Positions 51,740 through 61,435 are shown, numbered from the stretch's first letter. The stretch: DNA of 64,000 nt from Myxococcota bacterium (GCA_039028615.1 JBCCHT010000054.1:20696-84695), one strand, 5' to 3'. Numbers and translations: made by a program. Notes: generated by a model not told the origin, from the letters alone.

Positions 51740-52921
51740 ATGGAAGAGCAAGACAATCCAGAGACAGCGCCGAGCATTCTGCAATTCCCGGGCAAGACGG
51801 TCGTGCCGCCTCCGCCTGAATTCGGCACCGTACTCGACGCTCCACCGCCGCGTCCCACCCCTCAGCCAACGCCCCAGGCGGAACCCTCGCGAGGGACGAG
51901 CCCGTGGATCTACGGCGGCTTGGTGTTCGCAATCGTAGCGGGCGGAATTGGGTTCGTGCTCGGCGGTCTGGGCGGCGATGACGAAGGCCAGGCATCGAAG
52001 CAGGCCGCGGATGCGAGCGCAGCGCCCAAGGCTTCCACGCAAGCCCCGGCCAGCAACGCGGGCGATGACGGTGCGGCCAAGGTCGCCGCCGCTCCGCCCG
52101 CAAAGGAGTCACCGTGCCCCGAAGGCATGGTGAAGATCGACGGCGGCAAGTTCTTCATGGGGACCGATCGTGATGCCGGGATCTTGCGGATGGCTCGTCC
52201 CGCTCACCAGGTCGAGGTGGGGCCCTACTGCATGGACATCTACGAGGTGCGGGTCGACGACTATCGCAGCTGCTCCGACAAGGGCGAGTGCAAGCGGGCG
52301 TTTCGCGAGAGCAAGTGGCCCGGTTCCGACGAGAGCGAGGTCGCGTGGAACGACCTGTGCAACGAGTCGTACGACGATCGCGGTCAGCATCCCGTCAACT
52401 GCGTCACCTGGGAGCAGTCGAAGCACTACTGCGAGCAACGAGGGGCCCGGCTGCCCACCGAGAGCGAGTGGGAGTATGCGGCGCGAGGGTCCGATGGGCG
52501 CGTCTACCCGTGGGGTGACGAGGCTCCAGATCAGCGGCACATGAACGGGTGCGGCACGGAGTGTCGGGACTGGCGGGCAGACAAAGAGCTGTCGGCGAAC
52601 CCGGCGGTGTTGCACGAGACGAACGATCGGTATCCGGGCACGGCTCCGGTGGGGAGCTTTCCCGCTGGGAAGACCCAGTGGGGGCTGCACGACATTGCGG
52701 GCAATGTGTTCGAGTGGACGGCGGATGCGTTCGAGCCCTATCCGGGGGCGGAGAAGGAGCCCGAGAAGGATGGGGGGACGCCGGCGCGGCGGGTGATTCG
52801 TGGGGGGGCGTTCAATAGCTTCTTTGCGGATTTTGCGGATCCGGCGTTGCGGTTTCCTCAGGTGGAGACGGCGCATACGCATGGGATTGGGTTTCGGTGT
52901 GCGGCGGATGTGCGGGAGTGA
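51740..52921 (+). CDS. Membrane-anchored FGE-sulfatase (SUMF1) domain protein
   Basis: CPEGMVKIDGGKFFMG, HPVNCVTW, RLPTESEWEYAARG, GLHDIAGNVFEW, RVIRGG, GFRCA. Confidence 0.9.
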   Translation: MEEQDNPETAPSILQFPGKTVVPPPPEFGTVLDAPPPRPTPQPTPQAEPSRGTSPWIYGGLVFAIVAGGIGFVLGGLGGDDEGQASKQAADASAAPKASTQAPASNAGDDGAAKVAAAPPAKESPCPEGMVKIDGGKFFMGTDRDAGILRMARPAHQVEVGPYCMDIYEVRVDDYRSCSDKGECKRAFRESKWPGSDESEVAWNDLCNESYDDRGQHPVNCVTWEQSKHYCEQRGARLPTESEWEYAARGSDGRVYPWGDEAPDQRHMNGCGTECRDWRADKELSANPAVLHETNDRYPGTAPVGSFPAGKTQWGLHDIAGNVFEWTADAFEPYPGAEKEPEKDGGTPARRVIRGGAFNSFFADFADPALRFPQVETAHTHGIGFRCAADVRE

Positions 52922-53035
52922 GGGCTTTGAGCGGCCTCTGTGTTGGTGAGAGTTTCGGGCGGAGATGAGCGGGTGCCTGCTGGGAGCGGGCGCCTGCTGG
53001 GCCCGGTGGTCAGTGGCTCGTTTGGGCTGGTGGGT

Positions 53036-53683
53036 ATGAGCTTTGGGCGGAGACGGACGGGCGCCTGCTGACGCTCGGCCTCCTTCCCACTCGTGCTCGT
53101 CGGCGATGCCTTACCTGGGTGCTTGTAGAAACTCTTAGTCGCCGCTGCGCGCGAGTGGGCCCCTGCCGTGCTGCGCGGGCCCGTCCGAGCTGGGGAATGG
53201 CACCGGTTGGAGCGGTGAGCGGCAGGAGAAACTCTGGTTGGTTCGGGGCTGGAGCTGTGGTTCGACGAAGCGGCGTTTGAGCTTTGGGCGGAGACGGACG
53301 GGCGCCTGCTGACGCTCGGCCTCCTTCCCACTCGTGCTCGTCGGCGATGCCTTAGCTGGGTGCTTGTAGAAACTCGTAGTCGCCGCTGCGCGCGAGTGGG
53401 CCCCTGCCGTGCTGCGCGGGCCCGTCCGAGCTGGGGAATGGCAATGTTTGGAGCGGTGAGCCGCGAGAAGTGTCGGTGCTCGATCGGTTGATTGCGGGTG
53501 TTCGTCGGGGTGGCGAGTATGAGCTTTGGGCGGAGACGGACGGGCGCCTGCTGACGCTCGGCCCCCTTCCCACTCGTGCTCGTCGGCGATGTTGCAGCTG
53601 AGTGCTTGTAGAAACTCATCGTCGCCGCTGCGCGCGAGTGGGCCCCTGCCGTGCTGCGCGGGCCCGTCCGAGCTGGGGAACGG
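53036..53683 (+). repeat. Hairpin-element array B: three 165-bp cores (53036-53200, 53277-53441, 53519-53683), period 241-242 bp
   Basis: Reverse complement of the array A/C unit. Each core is followed by tggagcggtgagc; decayed partial copy at ~52948-52982. Confidence 0.95.
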
Positions 53684-53930
53684 TCTTGGGTGGAGCGGTG
53701 AGCGGGCTGGGTCGGGGTGGTGGCGGAGGTTGTTCTGCGCCTCGGCGTGGGTGTACCGAACGAATTAAAGTACCTAGGTAACATTAGGTTTGCAAATGGG
53801 GGTCGGCGCGGGCGGGGGTGGGCGAGGGGTGGACTTGCTCATCTGAGAAACCATGATACCTGTGTACCAAGATAACAACGGGATGAGCGGGCGTGGTTTC
53901 GGCGGCTCATCGAGATGACGGACGAAAACG

Positions 53931-54644
53931 GTGAAAAAGATCGGGTTTTTCGAGCTGGTGGTGTCCGGCGTGGGCGCTTCGTTACTGATGGGCGGGTGTG
54001 GCACTACGCATGCCGAGTCTCATTCCGAACGAACGCCTCATGCTGGCCAGCGTGGGGTGCATGGCGAGCGGGGGGCGGGTCACTCGGCGCCTGCGGGTCA
54101 TGGCGGGCATGGTGGGCACGAGGGGCATGGGGATGCTCATGCGGTGGTCGGTGAGCCTCGGGTGGATGCGGAGGGGCGTTTTCCGACGGTGGGGTTCGAG
54201 CGGCGGGTGGAGCTGGAGTTGCCGTTTGCGGCGACGCAGGTGTGTCCGCTGTTCGAGCCGAGCGGGCGCAATCTGCTGTACGAGTGGTGGGAGCCGACGG
54301 TGCTTCGTCCGGCGCGAGGGCAAACGCTCGAGGGGCTGGTCACGGTGTCCACGCTGCACGAGTCGCACGAGGTCTTTCTGGTCGTGACCGAGCACGAGCC
54401 GGAGCGTGGGCACCTGCAGTACATGGTGCTGTGGGACGACTTCGAGCTTCAGCGCGTGGACATCACGTGCGTCGAGGGGGCCTCGAGCGCGTCGACGAAG
54501 GTCGAGTGGCTCGAGCGCAACGCGGGGCTGCACGACGAGGGGGTGTCGATGGTCTCGTCGTTCGTCATGGGTGGCGCGCTCGATCGGGTGGTCGAGCGCT
54601 ACGGGGACAACGTCGAAAAGACGCTGCGAACGGCGGATCGATGA
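53931..54644 (+). CDS. His-rich putative lipoprotein with SRPBCC/START-like domain
   Basis: MGGC lipobox-like, His/Gly-rich segment, then VCPLFEP...W.P...EHEPERGHLQY pattern. Confidence 0.65.
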   Translation: MKKIGFFELVVSGVGASLLMGGCGTTHAESHSERTPHAGQRGVHGERGAGHSAPAGHGGHGGHEGHGDAHAVVGEPRVDAEGRFPTVGFERRVELELPFAATQVCPLFEPSGRNLLYEWWEPTVLRPARGQTLEGLVTVSTLHESHEVFLVVTEHEPERGHLQYMVLWDDFELQRVDITCVEGASSASTKVEWLERNAGLHDEGVSMVSSFVMGGALDRVVERYGDNVEKTLRTADR

Positions 54645-55567
54645 AGAGGGCGCTGTTTACGACCTTGGACACGCACCCGAGCGTGCAGACGAGCGTCGCG
54701 GCTCGCTACGACGCGTTCGTTCGCCACGTCACCGTGGCGGACGCGCTGGGGTTCGATGCGTTCTGGGTGGGCGAGCACCACGGCACGAACGTCGGGCGGA
54801 TTCCGAACCCGGCGGTGCTGCTGGCCGCGGCGGCAGCGAAGACCCGGAGGATTCGGCTCGGCCCCGCGGTGTCGGTGCTGCCACTTCGGCCGCCACGGCT
54901 CGTGGCCGAGGACTACGCGATGCTGGATGCGCTGTCGGGCGGGCGTCTCGACATGGGCGTCGGCGTCGGATCGCAGCGGGTCGAGTTCGAGCACCTCGGG
55001 GTGGACTTCGATCAGCGCCGCGCGTTGTTCGATGCGCATCTCGACGAGCTCGAGCGGGCATGGGAGACCGATTCGGGGCCGGACAAGCCGCCGCTCTACG
55101 TTGCGACGCTGAGTGAGGAAGGGGCGTTTCGGGTAGGCAAGGCGGGGCGATCGATGTTGACGCTGGTCAGCCCCGCGGTACGGGACCTCGACGAGATCGA
55201 GCGGCGGCTTCGTGCGCACGCGCGAGGCCTCGAGGAACACGGCGGCGCGGCGAATGCCGACGCGGTGGTGATGGTCTTCGCCTGCGCGGCGGCCAACGAA
55301 CGAGAAGCGCGACTGCGGGCGAGCCGATCGCTCGGCAACTTCATCGAGCTGTCCTCGGGCACCCGGCCCGACGATCCCGTCGCGCTGTGCGACGCGATGC
55401 GGCAACGAGGCACGGGCTTGTTCGCATCGCGGGAGCAGATGACGGCCCGGGTCGATGCGCTCGTCCGGCGCGGGTTCGAAAACCTGTGTTTTTTCGTCGA
55501 TTTCGGGACGATGGAGGCGAACGCGGTCGAAGAGACCATGCGCAGCCTGGCTCCGTCCTGTCTGTGA
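54641..55567 (+). CDS. Luciferase-like (LLM) flavin-dependent monooxygenase
   Basis: ADALGFDAFWVGEHH, RIRLGPAVSVLPL, VAEDYAMLDALSGGRLDMGVG; ATGA overlap. Confidence 0.9.
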   Translation: MKRALFTTLDTHPSVQTSVAARYDAFVRHVTVADALGFDAFWVGEHHGTNVGRIPNPAVLLAAAAAKTRRIRLGPAVSVLPLRPPRLVAEDYAMLDALSGGRLDMGVGVGSQRVEFEHLGVDFDQRRALFDAHLDELERAWETDSGPDKPPLYVATLSEEGAFRVGKAGRSMLTLVSPAVRDLDEIERRLRAHARGLEEHGGAANADAVVMVFACAAANEREARLRASRSLGNFIELSSGTRPDDPVALCDAMRQRGTGLFASREQMTARVDALVRRGFENLCFFVDFGTMEANAVEETMRSLAPSCL

Positions 55568-55598
55568 GTGGAATGCTCGGGTACACACAGGGCTGGCG

Positions 55599-55940
55599 AT
55601 GACGACGAAGAAGAAGACCAAGAAGAAGGCGCGGAAGAAGACCAAGGCGAGCACGAGCGCGCGGTCCTCCGCCGCCCCGCCACAGCGCGAATACGTCGTC
55701 GAGCGCATCCAGACCGGCGTGCGGATGGAGAAGCGCCTCATCAAGGTGCTCAAGGCGCTGGCCGAGTATCACGACCTTTCCTTGGGCGACTTGCTCGAAG
55801 GCATCGTGTTGCACGCCTTCGAGGCGAAGTCTCCGTTCGGTCCCGACACCATCGCTCGCATCGAGCAACTCAAGAGCGTCTACGGGCTCGACCTCGACGC
55901 CGCCGCCAGCCATCGCCTGCACGAAAAGGACTCCGGCTGA
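55599..55940 (+). CDS. Small basic putative ribbon-helix-helix DNA-binding protein
   Basis: Lys-rich tail then RIQTGVRMEKRLIKVLKALAEYHDLSLGDLLEGIV (strand-helix-helix). Confidence 0.7.
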   Translation: MTTKKKTKKKARKKTKASTSARSSAAPPQREYVVERIQTGVRMEKRLIKVLKALAEYHDLSLGDLLEGIVLHAFEAKSPFGPDTIARIEQLKSVYGLDLDAAASHRLHEKDSG

Positions 55941-55979
55941 ACCATCGCGGCGGGCCGCCCGAGCCCGATGAGGCGTCGT

Positions 55980-56708
55980 TCATAGACGACGAGGCGGTCG
56001 CTCGCGGGCGACCGAGATCGTGTCGCGAAGGCCGGCCGGGGGCAGATCGTCGGGCCCGAACTCGAGCGAGAGCTCCTGCCCGGGCTCGACCGTGCGCCGG
56101 GTCCAGATCCCCGCTCCGGTCAGGAAATCGAAGCGCTCCGACTCGGAAGAGCCCGCGGGAAAGTTGTACGCGAAGCCGGACGGCGACTCGATCTTGATCA
56201 AGGCCGTCGCCGCCTCCTCGGGGACCGTCGTCTGCAGGGTGCGTCGCCCGTCGCTGGACTCGACCAGAGCCTCGTCCACGTCGGCGTCGTCGATGAACCC
56301 GCCCTTGCCGTCCTTGTACGAGACCCACGCCCGAACCTCGCGCCCGGGCTCGATCCCGTGCAGATCGGTCCCCAGACGGCCATCGATGACCACTGGTCGA
56401 TCCCCCACGATGAACGCCCCCAGCTTCGTCGCATGGTCCACCCCGGCCAAGCGCATCCAGTACCAACCGGGCTTCAGCTCCGACAGTGCGAAGCACCCGT
56501 CGTCATCGAGGTGCACGATGTGATCGCCGCCACGGCGGTGCCCGATCCACACCACCCCCGCCTTCATCGGGTGCCCGTCGTGCCCACGAATGCACCCCTT
56601 GATCGCCGCCCCCGCACTCCGTCGCCCCGCCGCGTGCACCGAGCGATCCACCGTCCCTGCCATGAGCAGAGCACCACCGACGACCATTGTCCTGCGTCCA
56701 AGCGCCAT
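55980..56708 (-). CDS. Secreted protein with carboxypeptidase-regulatory-like domain
   Basis: GRRTMVVGG Tat-like signal; IKGCIRGHDGHP...DDDGCFALSELKPGWY. Confidence 0.6.
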   Translation of the reverse strand: MALGRRTMVVGGALLMAGTVDRSVHAAGRRSAGAAIKGCIRGHDGHPMKAGVVWIGHRRGGDHIVHLDDDGCFALSELKPGWYWMRLAGVDHATKLGAFIVGDRPVVIDGRLGTDLHGIEPGREVRAWVSYKDGKGGFIDDADVDEALVESSDGRRTLQTTVPEEAATALIKIESPSGFAYNFPAGSSESERFDFLTGAGIWTRRTVEPGQELSLEFGPDDLPPAGLRDTISVARERPPRRL

Positions 56709-56862
56709 GGCCCCCGGTACGATCAATTCGGCCGATGTCTTTCACCCACTCGTGTCTTTGTCCTAGCCCCGACACCGATTGCAGCCCCGACATCCCATTT
56801 GGCTCCTGAATCGCGAACCGCCCCGCACGGCACTGCGACGGCTCGTTCACAGCCCCACCCAT

Positions 56863-57780
56863 TCAGACGCGGGGCTCGAGCTCCCGCAGGTACTCCGCCT
56901 TGTCGAACACATAAGGCCCCAGCCCGTAGATCCAGTGACGGTGAAACTGCTCGAAGTCCGACCACACCACCACCTCGTCGAGCACCGTGATCCGCACCAT
57001 CAGAAACCAACACTCCACGATCCCGCAGGTGCACCCCAGCACCGTCGCCCTCCCGCGCTGCGGGTCATCCGGCGCGAGCACGAACCCCTTCGCCGCCGTA
57101 TCCCACGGCTCGTCCAGCAGCTCGCGACGAGGCAACCGCAGCCAGTCCGAGCTCATGCTCATGTAGTCCCCCGCAAAGTCACCGATGTCCTCCCGCGCCT
57201 CCCCATCCGCCACCCGAAGCTCGATCTCCCGATCCACGAAGGGCCGCTCCACCCGACGAACCAACTCGACGAGCGCCTCCCCATTGATCGAGATCTCGCA
57301 AGGCACATTCCCTTCCCCCCCCGGCCACGACTCACCCCCAGGGTTGTCCGTCAGCCTCAACCGATCCCTGCGCGAAGCCGGCCGCCCCCGCGCCAACGCT
57401 TCGATCTCCGCCCGCGTGGGCGCAGCCAACCCCCGACGCACCGCCACCGGCCCCTCCACCCCCGGACCATCCACCCGACCCGACATCAACCAAGGCTTCC
57501 CCGGCCGCCCCGGCACCCACCCCTTCTCCAGCCCACGCCGAATCCACCCCGCCACCGCCCCGGGCGTCACCGCCCTCCCCCTCAACCGAGCCTCATTCGA
57601 CGGATGATGCTGCCCCAGCTCCACCAACAAACTGGCTCCCCCACCATCCTCGACCGCCACCGCCAACACCAACCGAGTCCGCCCACTCCTCTGCTCCACC
57701 GTAGGCCGACGACGAACCCGCCACCGATACCCCACCCCATCGACCTCGATCCGCCGCGACCCCTTCGCCGGCAAACTCAC
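56863..57780 (-). CDS. Hypothetical two-domain protein
   Basis: N-domain KGSRRIEVDGVGYRWRVRRRPT...GW.P; C-domain LGCTCGIVECW...VVWSDF. GTG start inferred. Confidence 0.7.
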   Translation of the reverse strand: MSLPAKGSRRIEVDGVGYRWRVRRRPTVEQRSGRTRLVLAVAVEDGGGASLLVELGQHHPSNEARLRGRAVTPGAVAGWIRRGLEKGWVPGRPGKPWLMSGRVDGPGVEGPVAVRRGLAAPTRAEIEALARGRPASRRDRLRLTDNPGGESWPGGEGNVPCEISINGEALVELVRRVERPFVDREIELRVADGEAREDIGDFAGDYMSMSSDWLRLPRRELLDEPWDTAAKGFVLAPDDPQRGRATVLGCTCGIVECWFLMVRITVLDEVVVWSDFEQFHRHWIYGLGPYVFDKAEYLRELEPRV

Positions 57781-57938
57781 CGCCCCCACCCCGCCTTCCC
57801 ACAACCCAACGCCGTCATCCTCCCTCAGCATCCGCGCCCCCCGACCACCCCGTCAACCATCCGCCCCCACCCCACGAGGAGCCCTCAAACCTCCAGTCTC
57901 TCAACCCACCGCCGACCCCCTCACCACTCCACCCAAGC

Positions 57939-58344
57939 CCCTTCCCCAGATCGAACAAGCCCGCGCAACACGGCAGAGCCCCACTCGCCCGCAGCGGCGA
58001 CGACCTGCTTCTACAAGCACCCAGCTAACACATCGCCGACGAGCACGAGTGGGAAGGAGGCCGAGCGTCAGCAGGCGCCCGTCCGCCTCCGCCCGAAGCT
58101 CATACTCGCTGCCCGAGGAGCACCCGCAGTCAACCGAACGAGCAAAACCAGGCCCCGCGTCTCACCGCTCCACCCAAGACCCTTCCCCAACACGGACGGG
58201 CCCGCGCAGCACGGCAGAGTCCCACTCGCCCGCAGCGGCGACGACCTGCTTCTACAAGCACCCAGCTAATACATCGCCGACGAGCACGAGTGGGAAGGAG
58301 GCCGAGCGTCAGCAGGCGCCCGTCCGTCCCCGCCCGAAGCTCAT
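57939..58344 (-). repeat. Hairpin-element array C: two 165-bp cores (57939-58103, 58180-58344), period 241 bp
   Basis: Same unit and orientation as array A; the linker is homologous to the second linker of array B. Confidence 0.95.
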
Positions 58345-58403
58345 ACCGCGACCCACCGCCCGTAACTCATACCGACACCCACCGCCGAAAACCCAAGGGC
58401 CCT

Positions 58404-59126
58404 CTACTCAATCCCCAACGCCGCCAAATCCGCCTCCGCCTGCGGCTGCCACCCCTGATTCGCCCGCGGACTCGCCGGACTCGGATGCAACATCGCCCCC
58501 ACCGCAATCGACTCATCCAAAACCCCCCGAGCCCTCTTCGCCGCAAACGCCCCAATCCCCACCACGATCCGCGGCTCCAACACCTCCATCGTCTCCCGCA
58601 ACGCCCGATTACAAGCCTCGAACAACGGCTCCCTCTCCGCCTTCGGCAGCTTGTCCGGCGTCCTGTTCCGCCCGCTCTCCTCGAGAAACGCCAGCGGACA
58701 ATAGTTCACGATGAAGAACCGCGAGAAGAAGCTCCGCGCCGTCCCGTAACGACTCTTCGCCCACCCCCAAAGCCGCGTCCCGCTGACCTCCGACCGCGTG
58801 CACGCAAACCCATCGATCGGCCGCTTCGGATGCTCCGGCTTCGGCTTCCCCACCTTCCCTTCGATCTTCACGAAGTCCCGCGCATACGAGACCTCGCCGA
58901 ATGGAATCCCCGTCTGCGCCATCCCGAAGGGCCCCGGGTTCATCCCCAGCAAGATCACCCGCTTCTTCTTCTTGCCGTACCGCTCGAGGTACTGCTCGTG
59001 TGTATTCCGGGCGTAACGCAGCGGGTTGTAGACGTGCGTGACGGGAGCATCGAAGTGCAGCGCATCGACGGCTCGGCACAGGCGGCGGTTGATCCGGACC
59101 AGGTCCACGGCTGCGGACCTTAGCAA
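58404..59126 (-). CDS. SMUG1-family (family 3) uracil-DNA glycosylase
   Basis: VYNPLRYA, GMNPGPFGMAQTGIPFG, RSEVSGTRLW, NYCPL, HPSPASP. Confidence 0.92.
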   Translation of the reverse strand: MLRSAAVDLVRINRRLCRAVDALHFDAPVTHVYNPLRYARNTHEQYLERYGKKKKRVILLGMNPGPFGMAQTGIPFGEVSYARDFVKIEGKVGKPKPEHPKRPIDGFACTRSEVSGTRLWGWAKSRYGTARSFFSRFFIVNYCPLAFLEESGRNRTPDKLPKAEREPLFEACNRALRETMEVLEPRIVVGIGAFAAKRARGVLDESIAVGAMLHPSPASPRANQGWQPQAEADLAALGIE

Positions 59127-59132
59127 ACGGGC

Positions 59133-59771
59133 TCAGCTGACGGAGCCGGGATCGGCGAGCAGCCCATCCCGCAGCGAGGCGGCCCAGGCATCGAGGTTGA
59201 CCAGGGTGCTCTCGAGCAGGTCCTTGTCCTCGATGAGCTTTTGCATCTGCTCTTCGAGGCGCTTTTTGGCCTTGCGAATGCGCGTACGCGCGGTGCCCTC
59301 GGGAACGTCGAGCACCCGACCGACCTCGGCCGCGGTGAGCTTCTCCCAGTAGTACAGCTCGAGCACGATCTGGTCGTCGAGCGGGATCCGCCGCAGGCCC
59401 TGCAGCAAGACGCGGTGCTCGTGGTGCTGCGCGACGATGACGCTGGGCGACGGCGCCAGGTCGTGCACCGAGGTCACCCCGAAGTCGATGCGGTTCCCGT
59501 GCCTCCGCTTGCTGCGGTAGTGCTTGCCCAGCACGTTGTGGGCGACCGCGAACAGGTACGTTCGGAAGCTGGCCTCGCCGCGGAAGCGATCTTTGGTCTC
59601 GACGCACGCGAGGAAGGTGCGCTGGATCAGATCGTCGATTCCGCGGTCGACCTTGTTGCGGAAGAACCGAGCGACGGCGTCGAAGTGGCGCTCGAAGAGC
59701 TGCTCGCCCGCGTGGCGATCACCACCCCGCCAGGCCTCCAAGAGCTCCAGGTCGTTGGTGGGGGCCGCCAT
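59133..59771 (-). CDS. ECF sigma-70 factor, paralog of 50830-51447
   Basis: DLELLEAW, DDLIQRTF, SFRTYLFAVAHN, LELYYWE, VPEGTARTRIRKAK. Confidence 0.9.
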   Translation of the reverse strand: MAAPTNDLELLEAWRGGDRHAGEQLFERHFDAVARFFRNKVDRGIDDLIQRTFLACVETKDRFRGEASFRTYLFAVAHNVLGKHYRSKRRHGNRIDFGVTSVHDLAPSPSVIVAQHHEHRVLLQGLRRIPLDDQIVLELYYWEKLTAAEVGRVLDVPEGTARTRIRKAKKRLEEQMQKLIEDKDLLESTLVNLDAWAASLRDGLLADPGSVS

Positions 59772-59901
59772 CGCGCGATCGCAGTGTACGCCCAGGTAGG
59801 GCTGCGCGCACGCGGGTGCGATGGCGCTCACCCACGCGCCCCGGGGCCGTAGCCCAAAGGTGCGCGGGAGGCCGAACCCTTCGGATCGCCGAGGCGACCG
59901 A

Positions 59902-60249
59902 CTAGAGGTTCTTCTGGATGAAGTCCTCGAGGGGCTTGATCGAGCCGGGGTTGCCGACGATGTGATCGGCCACCTCGCCGTTCTTGAACAGCAGCAAGGT
60001 CGGGATGCTGCGCACACCGAAGCGCGCGGCGACCTTGGGGTTCTGGTCGATGTCGACCTTGACGATCTTGGCCTTCCCGGCGAAGCGCGGGGCGAGAGTG
60101 TCGAGGTGAGGCGCGATCGCGCGGCAGGGCCCGCACCAGGTTGCCCAGAAGTCGACGAGCACGGGGATGTCGGACTTGGTGACGACGGTATCGAAGCCGG
60201 CCTCGTCGGTATGAAGCACAGCGTCGGGAGCATTGGTGTCGAGAGGCAT
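59902..60249 (-). CDS. trxA: Thioredoxin
   Basis: [26 protein letters not shown]. Confidence 0.95.
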   Translation of the reverse strand: MPLDTNAPDAVLHTDEAGFDTVVTKSDIPVLVDFWATWCGPCRAIAPHLDTLAPRFAGKAKIVKVDIDQNPKVAARFGVRSIPTLLLFKNGEVADHIVGNPGSIKPLEDFIQKNL

Positions 60250-60414
60250 GATCAGTTCCTTCTGTGGGATGCGCCGCGTTTGCGGGCGACGAAGGTACCC
60301 TGGGTCGTATCGGGTGCCCAGGCGTCCGCAGAGCGTGCCGGATCGTCCGAAAGCGGGCCCGGCCCCGGGCGCGTGTGGCGGCCGACTGCGGGGTGTGCTC
60401 CACTTTCCCCCGCG

Positions 60415-61341
60415 ATGCTCCTCGATCGACTGCTGGACTCGCTGCGGGTCGAAGTCGCCCCGTTCGCGGTGTGCGACGTCCGCCGCGGCTGGCGAGTGCG
60501 AATGCCCCCCGACGGCCACGTGAGCCTGCACTTCGTGGTGCGGGGCGAGGGTCGGCTGCTCGATGCCGAGGGCCAGGCACACCGGCTGTGCGAGGGCACC
60601 GTGATCGTGGCCGCGCCCGGGCAGGTCCATCGCATCGAGCCCCCCGAGGGCGCCGCCGACGAGCTCGACGCGGCGGCCGACTGCTCGCTGCCCGAGCAAG
60701 GGCTCAAGCGACTGGTGGCGGGCGGCGGCGAGGCGGCCCTGCTCATGGTCTGCGGCGCGGTGAAGGCGACGTACGGCGGAGCCTACGGGCTCTTCGACGG
60801 CCTGCGCGAACCACTGGTCATCGACTTCGCCGACGCCCCGCGCATGCGGATGCTCTTCGAGTCCATGCTGGCCGAACAAGCCGAGCGCGGCCCCGGCTCG
60901 CAGGCGATGCTCCGCGCCCTGATGATGCAGGGCCTGGTCGCGCTGCTGCGACGGCTATGCGAGGGCGGCCGCTGCTCGTTGCCGTGGCTCGCCGCGCTGG
61001 GCGACCCCCGCCTGGTGCGAGCGCTCGACGTGATGCTCGAAGCCCCCGAGAAGGCCCACACCCTCGAGTCGGTGGCCAAGACGGCGGGCATGAGTCGCTC
61101 GGCGTTCAGCGAGCGCTTCAGCCAGGCCTTTGGTCGCACCGCGATGGAGCTGCTCCGCGAGGTCCGGCTCGACCGGGCGGCCGAGCTGCTGCGTGGCACC
61201 GATCTCGCGGTGCAGACGGTCGCCGAGCGGGTGGGGTTTGCCAGCCGCAGCCACTTCTCCCGCGCGTTCCGGGGGCGCTTCGATGTCGACCCGGCCGGGT
61301 TTCGGCACTCGGTTCGCGATCACGCTGCTGCCAAGACATGA
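60415..61341 (+). CDS. AraC-family transcriptional regulator (cupin + HTH)
   Basis: LHFVVRGEG cupin, [35 protein letters not shown]; divergent from trxA. Confidence 0.92.
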   Translation: MLLDRLLDSLRVEVAPFAVCDVRRGWRVRMPPDGHVSLHFVVRGEGRLLDAEGQAHRLCEGTVIVAAPGQVHRIEPPEGAADELDAAADCSLPEQGLKRLVAGGGEAALLMVCGAVKATYGGAYGLFDGLREPLVIDFADAPRMRMLFESMLAEQAERGPGSQAMLRALMMQGLVALLRRLCEGGRCSLPWLAALGDPRLVRALDVMLEAPEKAHTLESVAKTAGMSRSAFSERFSQAFGRTAMELLREVRLDRAAELLRGTDLAVQTVAERVGFASRSHFSRAFRGRFDVDPAGFRHSVRDHAAAKT

Positions 61342-61435
61342 CCCGATCGAGCGTCCGCGGTCGCGGATGCCGAAGTCGCCTCGCACGCCTGAACGGGTCG
61401 CCGGCCGACCCCGTTTCGTGCGATCGTGAACGGGA

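Noticed and set aside
53036..53683. CRISPR array interpretation of the repeat/linker arrays
   Set aside because: Repeats are 165 bp, there are only 2-3 per locus, linkers are homologous between loci, and no cas genes are present.
51740..53683. Diversity-generating retroelement (FGE and DUF1554-like lectin-fold genes both end just before hairpin arrays)
   Set aside because: No reverse transcriptase and no template/variable repeat pair differing at adenines is visible. The third array follows a glycosylase, and the bias affects cytosines over kilobases.
52858..53784. ORFs translated through the arrays (also 24871-25179 and 58049-58714)
   Set aside because: Periods of 223, 241 and 242 bp are not multiples of three, so the frame changes between copies; conservation follows base pairing rather than codons.
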